Of a stretch of DNA of 64,000 bases, positions 1 to 9,300 are shown piece by piece. Within the stretch, counting starts at the first letter, position 1, and each line of letters starts with the position of its first letter. The DNA lies in the IMG/VR virus record IMGVR_UViG_3300036790_000811, positions 12,490 to 76,489 of that record, one strand, 5' to 3'. This DNA comes from a virus. Under the pieces are notes generated by a model. The model saw only the letters and a list, made by a program, of their open reading frames with translations, was not told the DNA's origin and made no database searches. The translations under genes were made by a program, and so were the position numbers.

Positions 1-88
1 TACCCCCCGGGTCTACGACGGCAGTCGCCTGGCGCTTCTGTGTGACGAAATGCGCCAGATCCGGGAGAAAATGGCGCAGGATACCTGA
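1..88 (+). CDS. 3' end of a gene truncated by the window edge (…YDGSRLALLCDEMRQIREKMAQDT*)
   Basis: Open frame with GC-rich codon usage ending in TGA at 86-88. Confidence 0.5.
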   Translation, partial: TPRVYDGSRLALLCDEMRQIREKMAQDT

Positions 89-289
89 CCGGAGAGCACC
101 GTACCTGGTCTTCAGAAACCTTTAAGCGATTTCGTGAACCGGTGGACAGCGCTGGACAAGGGTGGTTACCGTTGCGTATAACTTGAGCAAGGGGAGGTAT
201 GCCTTGCTCAAGCGCGAGGCCCGTAGCCCTCCCTGAACCCGAGACGCGAATTACGGGCCGGCTTACTGCCTACTCCACGGAGTACATTC

Positions 290-1156
290 ATGTCTCGCGG
301 ACGTCATGCAGCTCCTTCGGCAACCCGGAAGGCCATATCTGCCGGGGTTTCCGTTACCACCACCACGCTCGCGGCCAGTGCGGTCGCGGCAATAGCGGTG
401 GCAGGGGGTCACGCTAGCGCAAGCACGACACAGGCGGCACCTGTCAATCCCGTCAAGGTACAGGCCGACGCTTACGTAGTCCACACGGTTAAAGTCCAGG
501 CGGCCAGTCACTACACCGTCAAATCCGGCGACACGCTCTCCGGGATAGCCCAGGCTAATCTCGGAAGTGCCGGCAAGTACGAGTGCCTGGCGGCAGCCAA
601 CGGCATTGAGAACCCGAATCTCATCTACGTGGGACAGGATCTCGTCCTTGACTGCTCAACGGGCGAGATCAGCCAGCAGCCCGAGAATACTCCCGCAAGC
701 GAGCCGCCATCCAGTGACTCGTCTACGGATTCGTCTACGGATGAGTCTGCCACGACTCACGATTCTTCCCAAGCGGTATCCACGTCCGGAGACGGGAGCT
801 TCCAGTCCTGCGTTATTTCCCGCGAGTCGGGCGGTAACCCGGACATCTGGAACGCGAGTGGACATTATGGACTCTACCAATTTTCGGAGAGTACCTGGGA
901 AGCCTACGGCGGTTCTGCCAGTGATTTCGGCCACGCTAGCGTGGCCGAGCAGAATCAAGTGTTCGAGAACGCTATGGCAACTCCCGGCGGAGAGGGAAAT
1001 TGGGGTCCTTACGATGGATGCTTATGCAATGTGTTAGAATCCTCGTATGGAACGTACGCCACCCCCAGAACCCGGGACCCGTTTCGGGCGCTGGACAGTT
1101 ACCGGAGAGTCATTCATGAGGGATCCGTCGCATCGAGCCATACCGGTTCGTTGTGA
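290..1156 (+). CDS. Secreted LysM + resuscitation-promoting factor (Rpf)-type transglycosylase; the functional end is probably near GPYDGC (1021)
   Basis: Signal/TM N-terminus; LysM YTVKSGDTLSGIA…NPNLIYVGQ; Rpf motif CVISRESGG…YGLYQF…TW…ASVAEQ…W; the domain ends at GPYDGC, followed by TTA and a tail that overlaps the next gene. Confidence 0.9.
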   Translation: MSRGRHAAPSATRKAISAGVSVTTTTLAASAVAAIAVAGGHASASTTQAAPVNPVKVQADAYVVHTVKVQAASHYTVKSGDTLSGIAQANLGSAGKYECLAAANGIENPNLIYVGQDLVLDCSTGEISQQPENTPASEPPSSDSSTDSSTDESATTHDSSQAVSTSGDGSFQSCVISRESGGNPDIWNASGHYGLYQFSESTWEAYGGSASDFGHASVAEQNQVFENAMATPGGEGNWGPYDGCLCNVLESSYGTYATPRTRDPFRALDSYRRVIHEGSVASSHTGSL

Positions 1157-1571
1157 GTGCGGCGCGGAGGCCAGCGTATTGGTTTTCCAGCTCCGGAACG
1201 GCAGGTCCGTCAGTTGCGGTTGCCATAAGCGTGAGCAAGTAGCCACGCTAGTTGGAAGAACGCGCTGGAAAGACTCGCACGGGCGGAGTAAAGACCCCCT
1301 CTATCAGCTCTGGCTCAGGATCAAGAAACGATGTGATGATCCGAAGGCCCACAACTACCGCTGGTACGGTGCTCGCGGCATTAGCGTCTGGGATAGCTGG
1401 AGAAATGACGCAGGGGCGTTCATCTCCTACATCGAGAAGAACCTCGGTCCCCGCCCCGACGGATGCTCGCTGGACCGCATTAACAACGACGGCAACTACG
1501 AGCCGGGAAACTTGCAGTGGGCTACCGCTGTTGAGCAGGCGCGTAACCGTCGTCCGAGGAGTGGCGATTGA
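1047..1571 (+). mobile_element. Free-standing HNH homing endonuclease
   Basis: RCECG…SCGC and SLDRINNDGNYEPGNLQWAT motifs; TGn-TAGAAT -10 box 6 nt before ATG. Confidence 0.9.
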
Positions 1572-1612
1572 CGATAGAGCGAACAGACAGGGCGCATAGC
1601 GCGCATTAGGCT

Positions 1613-1644
1613 TGAAGGGGCTTTCCTCCGGGAAGGCCCCTTCA
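1613..1644 (+). terminator. Hairpin or terminator after the HNH gene
   Basis: TGAAGGGGCTTTCC-TCCG-GGAAGGCCCCTTCA inverted repeat. Confidence 0.55.
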
Positions 1645-1751
1645 GTATGTAATGAGGTGGTTGTGTAGCCAACGATTTTCCGGTCGGCTGGGATCTCCCT
1701 GAGGGATTTGAGGACTTCCCGGCGGATGTTCAGCGGTACTTCATCGATGAG

Positions 1752-3431
1752 ATGAACAAGCGGATGCCGAAGCCTCCCCGGCCGTGGCATTCGATGGCCC
1801 GTCCTAAGCAGCTTCCCCCGGATCATTCTCGGCATCACCTCGCTGACAAAAACGGCTACCGCTGCCAGTGGAAAGAAAAGGACGGCACCCCCCACGTCTG
1901 CACGGGAGATAAAGACTGGTTCATCTGGCTCTTTCTCGCCGGCCGCATGGTCGGAAAAACGATGACCGGCTCGAACTGGATCCTGGAGGAAGCCCTCAAG
2001 TACCCCGGAACCCGGTGGGCGGTCGTGGCACCCACGTTCCAGCAGGTTCAGGAAGTCTGCTTTACCGGGGACTCGGGAATCATCGCGCAGGCGCTGCCCG
2101 GGGAGATCTCGGAGTACAACAAGAACGCGATGATGATCGTGCTCCAGAACGGCAGCGAGATCAAGGGGTTCTCGGCCGAGGCTCCGGAACGTATTCGTGG
2201 TTACAACTTGTCCGGCGCGTGGCTGGACGAGGTGGGCTCGTACCGGAATCGCGTCATCTGGGATGAGGCGCTCGGCCCGGCTCTCCGCAAAGGAAATCCC
2301 AGGGTTGTCGTCACGACCACCCCAAGTGGCAGCCCTCTCCTGAGGGAGTGGGTGGAGCGGTTCACCAATGCCGCAAAGAAGGGTGAGCCGTGCGACATCC
2401 ACCTCACCCCTGCGCGCTTCAGTGAGAACGACACCATCCCGAAGAAGCAGCTCGAACGTCTTGAGGAGCAGTACGGCGGTACCCGTATCGGGCGCCAGGA
2501 ACTCGAAGGCGAGATGCTGGAAGACTTCGAGGGAGCCCTCTGGAAGCGGAGCTTCATCGAGGACCACCGGGTAAACGAGTCGGATTACTTTGACAAGGCC
2601 GGCCGCATCAGGACCGAGCTGTTCGGCCGGATCGTGGTGGCAGTGGACCCGTCGATGACATCCGGCGAGACGTCGGACGAGTCCGGGATCGTCGTCGCGG
2701 GAGAAGGCGCCGACGGCGACGGCTACCTGATCGCTGACTGGAGCGTGCAGGGTACCCCCGAGGAGACCATGCGCCGAGCCGTGGCCGCCTACTACGAGTA
2801 CCACGCTGACTGCGTGGTCATGGAGACCAACCAGGGCGGTGACTACCTGGTCAAGGCCCTGCGCGCCGCCGACCCGCATGTCCCTCCCCGGCTGGTTCAC
2901 GCCTCCAAGGGGAAGATGATCCGTGCCCAGCCTATTTCCATGCTCGCCGAGCAGGGCAGGCTGCACCATATCGGGTTTTTCCCGAAACTAGAGGACCAGC
3001 TTTGTACCCTGGTTCCCGACGCGTCGCGGAATCAGCACGACGACCGGGCTGACGCGTTTGTCTGGGCGATGACCGAGCTGCGGGGAATTACCGACGGCTC
3101 CTACCTGGCCACCTATGGCCACAAGTACTGCAAGTCCTGCGGTAAGACCATCCGGACGTCCGCCCGGCTGTGCCCCGGTTGCGGCAAGATGCAGGACAGC
3201 AGTGACGACCAGACCCCCACTGCCGGCAAGTGGGCCGGCGCCTACCTGAACCACTGCAAGAAATGCGGCGAGAATTACCCGCAGCGCTTCAAGAAGTGCC
3301 CCACTTGCAACCCGACTCCGGAAACCTACATGGCCGCCGTCCAGAAGGCGTCGGGACAAGGGGGAGGCTGGCTATCCTATTCCGGGAGAGACTGGTTCAA
3401 GGGAGCAGGCCTGTTATCAGATGCGAGGTAG
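1752..3431 (+). CDS. terL: Terminase large subunit with C-terminal zinc ribbons; the frame is open back to 1665
   Basis: Walker A AGRMVGKT, Walker B AWLDE, TTTP coupling motif, RNase H-like VAVDPS…DESGIVV, DDRADA; CxxC pairs at the C-terminus. Confidence 0.95.
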   Translation: MNKRMPKPPRPWHSMARPKQLPPDHSRHHLADKNGYRCQWKEKDGTPHVCTGDKDWFIWLFLAGRMVGKTMTGSNWILEEALKYPGTRWAVVAPTFQQVQEVCFTGDSGIIAQALPGEISEYNKNAMMIVLQNGSEIKGFSAEAPERIRGYNLSGAWLDEVGSYRNRVIWDEALGPALRKGNPRVVVTTTPSGSPLLREWVERFTNAAKKGEPCDIHLTPARFSENDTIPKKQLERLEEQYGGTRIGRQELEGEMLEDFEGALWKRSFIEDHRVNESDYFDKAGRIRTELFGRIVVAVDPSMTSGETSDESGIVVAGEGADGDGYLIADWSVQGTPEETMRRAVAAYYEYHADCVVMETNQGGDYLVKALRAADPHVPPRLVHASKGKMIRAQPISMLAEQGRLHHIGFFPKLEDQLCTLVPDASRNQHDDRADAFVWAMTELRGITDGSYLATYGHKYCKSCGKTIRTSARLCPGCGKMQDSSDDQTPTAGKWAGAYLNHCKKCGENYPQRFKKCPTCNPTPETYMAAVQKASGQGGGWLSYSGRDWFKGAGLLSDAR

Positions 3432-3434
3432 CGA

Positions 3435-3680
3435 ATGGCGCGACTGATCGTAGTTCCCGATAGCGGGGAAATGGACGCCGATACCAAGAGGATTCTCCGG
3501 GAGCAGCTGGAAGCCGGCGAAGGATGCCGATGGTGCGGCGGCCTCCATCAGCGGGAGTGCCCGCGCCTGAAGAAGGTCACCTACCATCCCACCGACGGGA
3601 GCCAGGTCCGGGACGTTGAATTCTGGTCCGATTCTGAGTGGGACAAGTCGAGCATCATCTTTCCTGAGGACCTGACGTGA
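3435..3680 (+). CDS. Small zinc-binding hypothetical protein
   Basis: CRWCGGLHQREC motif; GAGG RBS. Confidence 0.8.
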   Translation: MARLIVVPDSGEMDADTKRILREQLEAGEGCRWCGGLHQRECPRLKKVTYHPTDGSQVRDVEFWSDSEWDKSSIIFPEDLT

Positions 3681-3850
3681 GCGAGAGTCCGTTGCCCGAC
3701 CCGTTCGGGGTTGGTCCCGACCTCACCACGTTCGGCGTGAATGTGGTGGCGATGATCAGCGCCCTCATGGCGGCCGGGATGGAGAAGCCCGACGCCATGT
3801 GGTTCACCCTGGAGCTCATGACCCGGATGGCCAAGGGGAAGACCTCTTAA
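3677..3850 (+). CDS. Small hypothetical protein (57 aa)
   Basis: GTGA overlap with the upstream stop; GC-rich codon usage; not in the ORF track. Confidence 0.65.
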   Translation: MSESPLPDPFGVGPDLTTFGVNVVAMISALMAAGMEKPDAMWFTLELMTRMAKGKTS

Positions 3851-3858
3851 ATCCGGAA

Positions 3859-3867
3859 TGCTATAAT
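3859..3867 (+). promoter_or_regulatory. Extended -10 promoter element
   Basis: TGcTATAAT in the intergenic gap. Confidence 0.5.
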
Positions 3868-3968
3868 CACAGCAGGTTCTGCTATGCCTGCGGATAGGAC
3901 TGTGTGACGATAACTTTTTCCACTGCCCTTAATGAGGGCATGGCCGCTCCTGACCGAACGGTCTCCCG

Positions 3969-5804
3969 GTGAAGTACGTCCCGTACTATCCGGGAGGCTG
4001 GGAAAACGGCAGCGGCGGAGATACTCCCATTATCGCCGCCGCCCTTGACGTCATGGAAGCGGGCATCGGCGCAGCGGCGCTGCCGACTACCGTGATGGTC
4101 ACTACCGTCGGAGCCACATTCAGTCCCTGGGTGACGGCCAGCACAACGTCAATTACGCTTTTCTGGTCCAGTCCGGGGTTCAGTACCGTTACCGGAACGG
4201 CACCGACTCTTTCTTTCGGGTCAGCGGGTACTCGCGCTGTCTATATGACGGCGATTGACTCGAATGGCTATGATGCCATGAGTCAGGTTCAGATGTTCAA
4301 TATCGGATTTCTCAATACTGATGACGAAGGTCAGTCATCTCTGCCGTCGTCGTACAACTGGACATCTCAAGAAGTTTCGGCCGTGGCGAACGTAAACTCC
4401 ATGACTGGCCTCCAGGTCTTCTGTGCCGCCAATATTGCCACTCTTGGGGGAACACTCGATTGCTCGGGGATGGGTCAGCTTCAACATATTGAGTGTTACG
4501 CATCCCAGTTTCAGAATGTATACGTCTCAGGGTGTATTAGCATGATTCGGCTTTGTGTCGAGGAAAATAACCTGACGGTACTCAATATCAATCCGGTTCA
4601 GCCGAACCTGCTTGACCTGCGTGCCGCAGGTCAAGCAGGTGATGCCCTGACGCTTGTGCCACTTGCTATTGACGCGCTATCCGAGTGGCATTTTTGTATC
4701 CGGGACCAGGTGATTACGAACTGGCCCGACCTCGGAACGCAATTCCCGGTACTGGAAGAACTCTGGATATGGAATACCGGTTACAGCGGGGAGCTGGCTC
4801 CCGGATCGATATTGCTGACCAACGTGCAAGCATACGATAATTCCGGGCTTACCTCAGCGGTATTTGCGGATGGCGCATTCTCAGATAACGACACGTATCT
4901 TGACTTGCACGATTGCACGCTGGCTTCGATTACACTTCCGACGACTAATGGCCTGATCTATGTGGACCTATCCGGGAATGCCCTTGACACCGCTCAGGTT
5001 AATTCCGTTCTTGAGAACCTAGCGGGTAATAGCATCGCTGACGGCATAGTTAACCTCAGCGGTGGCACTAATGGTGTTCCGTCTGGCGGGGGAAGTACTG
5101 CCGTCACAACACTGGAAGGGCGTGGGTGGACAGTAACCGTCAATTCCGGCGGGGGTGGCAATTTCACTCACGAGGACAGCGCGTTTAATTCCAGCACGTC
5201 AGCGACATCGCTGAGTATTACATTGAGCGGCGCCGTCAGCGCGGGTGACTTGTTGGTAATGGTGGTACAAACCGCTGGCGGCAGTACGAATGTCACCGTC
5301 ACCGACACCGCCAGTAATGTATGGGCATCTTCTGATGGAGGCCAGACCTGGTACTGTCTGTCGTCGCTTGCCGCGCCGTCAGGCTTGACCGTGACCGCTG
5401 TCGTTACGGGTGATTATTATATTCACCAGGTACTTGCCGACCGGTTTGCTCATAATGGAACTGTCACTTACGGGGCGGGTGTCAGTACGGGAAGTTCTGG
5501 TACGCCGGGTCTTAACTACAACAACACGGGATGCGGTGACCTTGGCACTGTTGCGGCCGGGGTGCTGGCGTGGGGTGCATTCAGTAGTGATGACACGACC
5601 GGTAATCAGGAGTATACGGCCGGGTTCCAGAGCGGTTCCAGCGGAACCGCCGACGTGATTGGCTCCCAGTTTGCCGGGGCGGCGGGTACTGGCGTAAGCA
5701 TGTACGTCCTCGACTGTGTGAACGCTGATGTGACACTAACGTGGTACGGCACGGGCGGCGCGGCATTCGGACATGCAGTCAGTGCTTATTTCCCGACGTC
5801 GTAA
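3969..5804 (+). CDS. Putative virion protein with leucine-rich repeats and a C-terminal beta-rich domain
   Basis: N-terminal W.NG..G.TPI.AAAL..ME.GI motif; repeated LxxLxLxxNxL-like units (LEELWIWNT, LIYVDLSGNAL). Confidence 0.75.
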   Translation: MKYVPYYPGGWENGSGGDTPIIAAALDVMEAGIGAAALPTTVMVTTVGATFSPWVTASTTSITLFWSSPGFSTVTGTAPTLSFGSAGTRAVYMTAIDSNGYDAMSQVQMFNIGFLNTDDEGQSSLPSSYNWTSQEVSAVANVNSMTGLQVFCAANIATLGGTLDCSGMGQLQHIECYASQFQNVYVSGCISMIRLCVEENNLTVLNINPVQPNLLDLRAAGQAGDALTLVPLAIDALSEWHFCIRDQVITNWPDLGTQFPVLEELWIWNTGYSGELAPGSILLTNVQAYDNSGLTSAVFADGAFSDNDTYLDLHDCTLASITLPTTNGLIYVDLSGNALDTAQVNSVLENLAGNSIADGIVNLSGGTNGVPSGGGSTAVTTLEGRGWTVTVNSGGGGNFTHEDSAFNSSTSATSLSITLSGAVSAGDLLVMVVQTAGGSTNVTVTDTASNVWASSDGGQTWYCLSSLAAPSGLTVTAVVTGDYYIHQVLADRFAHNGTVTYGAGVSTGSSGTPGLNYNNTGCGDLGTVAAGVLAWGAFSSDDTTGNQEYTAGFQSGSSGTADVIGSQFAGAAGTGVSMYVLDCVNADVTLTWYGTGGAAFGHAVSAYFPTS

Positions 5805-5830
5805 ACATCAGGATAGGTAACGGTGATGGC

Positions 5831-6313
5831 ATGACCACCCTCTATCCGGATACCACGACATATCCCGGTCCGGCTGTATACCCGGGAACTTCCGGTACCG
5901 TCGGCCTGGTACTTGACTGGACAGTCGGCAGTCCAGGAACTAACTGGAATATTGGTACGGCGGGAACGGAGTGGAATGTGGCCTACAGTAGTGCGCAGAT
6001 CACGAGCCTGAGTACGCAGTACGTATTTGTTCCCGTTCAGGTAACCAAGGCGGGAGCGGCCTATAATCCGACTGCCGACCCGGTGCAGTTCGCTTTTGCT
6101 CCTACCGTATTTTACGTTCCGCAGGATTCAGACTGGGTAGACGGGTCATGGCAGACGATCAGCACCTCCCTGATTTATCCTTACAATGCCCAGTGTCTTG
6201 TCGGTCCTTCCGGGGCAACGGTTCTCACGTCCGGGAATTACGTTATTTACGTGAAAGTTACCGATGATCCGGAAATTCCTGTGCTCACTGCCGGCTCCCT
6301 GGCTATTACCTGA
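5831..6313 (+). CDS. Putative virion structural protein
   Basis: Start refined to ATG 5831; beta-rich; C-terminal YVKVTDDPEIPV motif. Confidence 0.75.
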   Translation: MTTLYPDTTTYPGPAVYPGTSGTVGLVLDWTVGSPGTNWNIGTAGTEWNVAYSSAQITSLSTQYVFVPVQVTKAGAAYNPTADPVQFAFAPTVFYVPQDSDWVDGSWQTISTSLIYPYNAQCLVGPSGATVLTSGNYVIYVKVTDDPEIPVLTAGSLAIT

Positions 6314-6377
6314 GAAATAACAGGGTGTTACGAAAGAAGCCTGACAATTCACGTAGCTTACGAAAAGGAGCGCCGGA

Positions 6378-9300
6378 ATGGCTGACAAGCGCCGGGTTGC
6401 CGCCGCACTGAAGTCAATTCCCGGGGCTCGCCCCACGATGGCTCCTCAGTCGTCGGGGTACGGTTCCGCGTCGCCTATCGCGGCGATGATGAACCAGCAG
6501 AACCAGTTCGCCAACTCCTATGGTCCTTTCCTGCCCCGGCCGAGCCAGGTGTTCACCGACGGCGCTTTCGGTCCCATGTCGCCCATTCAGCCGGTGCCGG
6601 TGGACAATCCCCCGCCGGGAGGGGAGTTCGCCGACCCCAGAAGCTGGGAATACCGGGTCGGCTGGAACCTTCCGACTCCTCCGGGGACTGAGGGTCTCAA
6701 GCTGGCAAGCTTCCAGCAGCTGAAGACCCTCAGTGAGAAGTACTGTTTGGCACCAGAAACCCGGGTACTCTGCTCGGACTTCACGTGGCGTCAGCTATCG
6801 GACATCAGCGTGGGTGATGAGCTCATCGCGTTTGACGAAGATCCCCCCGCTCGTGGACTGCACCGTAAGATGCGGTTTGCGACAGTGACGGCGTATGACC
6901 GGATTACACGTCCCTGCTACCGGGTGACACTGACAGACGGTCGTACGGTTGTCGCATCCGCCGAGCATCTATGGCTTGCCGGACGTGACAAGGCGGATGG
7001 TTCCTGCGCCTGCGAAATCTGCGGAAAGCAGTTCGGCCGCGCTCAGGGGCTGGGTGTGCACCGCAGGCAGGTTCACGATATCGAGGGTCAGTGGAAGCAC
7101 AACAACTTCGGAGCATGGACGGTGACGGCGCAGCTGCGCCCGGGAAGCACTATCCGTGATCTCGGCTCCCCCTGGGAAGAGGATTTTTCCCGGGAAGCCG
7201 GCTATCTCTCTGGCGTTTACGACGGGGAAGCTTCTCTTAATATCGCGAACGGTAATCATAAAGGCTGGGGAATTGGATTCCCGCAGAATGCTGGTCCGGT
7301 TTTCGATGAAGTAGAAGCCATTCTCAAGCGCAAGGAATATGGTTTTCGGATTCACGGTCCAGGTATTAATGACTCCTGTAAGCATATTACGATCAGCGGG
7401 ATGCGTGATTGTTTCCGCTTCATGGGAGAAATGCGCCCTCTTCGTCTTCTAGGAAATGCCAGGAAGTGGATAGAGGGAAATAGCCCTTCCCGTGCTGGAT
7501 GTGCGACCGTGGAATCCGTAGAATTCCTGGGCGAGCGAGAGGTAATCGCTGCCGGCACGAGCACGAGCACGCTTATTGCGGAAGGGCTGTTTTCGCACAA
7601 CAGCGTCGCCCGCGCCTGCATCGACCTGCGCCAGCAGGAGATCCGTGGTCTCGAATGGGAGATCACGATGACCAAGGAAGCGGCGAAGGCATACCAGAAC
7701 TCGCACGCCAGGATGAAGGACTTCGGGGTCCGCGCGGCGGAGGCCACGAAGTTCTTCAAGCGTCCCGATCCGGATTATTGGACGTTCAGCTCGTTCATGA
7801 ACGCGATGCTGGAAGAGATCTTCGTCTACGACGCCCTGAGTGTCATCTTCCGTCCCAAGTACGGTGCCAAGTTCGGGCGCGGCGGTCGCGGGCTCCTCGG
7901 CAGCGACCTGGACTCGCTCCGTCTCATTTCGGGACCGACGATCCGTCCCCTGGTGGACCTGCACGGCAACATCCCCAAGGCTCCGGGGACTCCGGCCTAC
8001 CAGCAGTACCTGTACGGCGTCCCCCGCTCGGACTACATGTCCATCCTTCGGGGTGACGACATTGCGGGAACCGTCCTGGCGGGGTCGGAATACAACGAGT
8101 TCACCGCCGACTTGATGCTGTACGCCCCCTACTGGCCGCGCCGGGAGACCCCCTACGGCTTCCCGCCGATTGAGCGCGCCCTCTTGCCGGTGATCGCCGG
8201 GCTTCAGAAGCAGGAATACCAGCTTGACTTCTTCTCCGAGGGTTCGGTTCCGGCGGTCTATATCTCCCCGGGTGACCCCAATATCACCCCGACGCAGATC
8301 AAGGAGCTGCAAGACGCCCTGAACGGGATCGCAGGGGATCCGGCGTACCACATGAAGGTCGTCGTCCTCCCTCCTGGCTCTAAGGTCGAGCCGCAGAAGC
8401 CCGTGGATCTCGCGGACTCCTTCGACCTGCTCGTTCAGACTCAGGTGTGCATGGCATTCGATTGCCAGCCGGCAGAGCTGGGCATTCTGCCGAACGTGGG
8501 CAGCAACCAGGGCGGTGGCGGAGCCTCGGCCGGTGCCATCCGCCTCGGCATGCAAGAAGCCCGGGACATCAAGTCCCGCAAGTCCACGAAGCCGACCCTG
8601 CACTTCATCGCCAGCATCTTCAACTATATCCTTCAGGATGTCTGCGGCCAGAAGGACATGAAGTTCACCTTCGAGGGCCTCGCCGACGACGAGGACCAGC
8701 AGGCGATTACCGACCTCGGCGTCCAGCAGGTCCAGAACGGTATCGCGTCTATCGATGAGGTCCGGGACCGCCTTGATCTTCCCCCATGGGGCCTGTCCGA
8801 GACGTCGGAGCCGGTGGTCTTCACCGCCCAGGGGCCGATCCCGTTCTCCATGGCCCCGCAGCTCATCGCGAACATGCAGGGACAGAACGGAGGGTCGTCG
8901 TCATCCGGGAACTCGAACAATGGTACCCAGTCCAGCAATTCCGGGCAGCGCACTTCCTCCTCGCGGACGAGGACGAATCAGCCCTCGGTGCGAGCCGGAG
9001 GGCAGACCAAGCCCAACGGCAGTCATCAGGCGCCGATCGCCCCGCATCGCGAGTCCCTGACGCCCGCACATAGTGCCGCCAGCGGGGCCGTGCAGAGCCC
9101 TACTCCCCGAACTGGCGGCACCCCTTCGCGATCAAGTGTGGCCGGATCGAGGAAGAAGGCGGTGGAGGCTGAGTTCGGTGCCCTGAAGCGCCACCTCCGC
9201 AAGGGCCGGCTGATTACCACCTGGGAAACGCGGCACATTCCCGAGCGGTCCCTGTCCATGATTTCGGAGGACATCGCCAACGGCCTGCTGATTGACTCCG

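Noticed and set aside
185-289. c-di-AMP (ydaO) riboswitch upstream of the Rpf gene
   Set aside because: The leader has hairpins and a GAACCCG word, but the other conserved ydaO elements are not evident.
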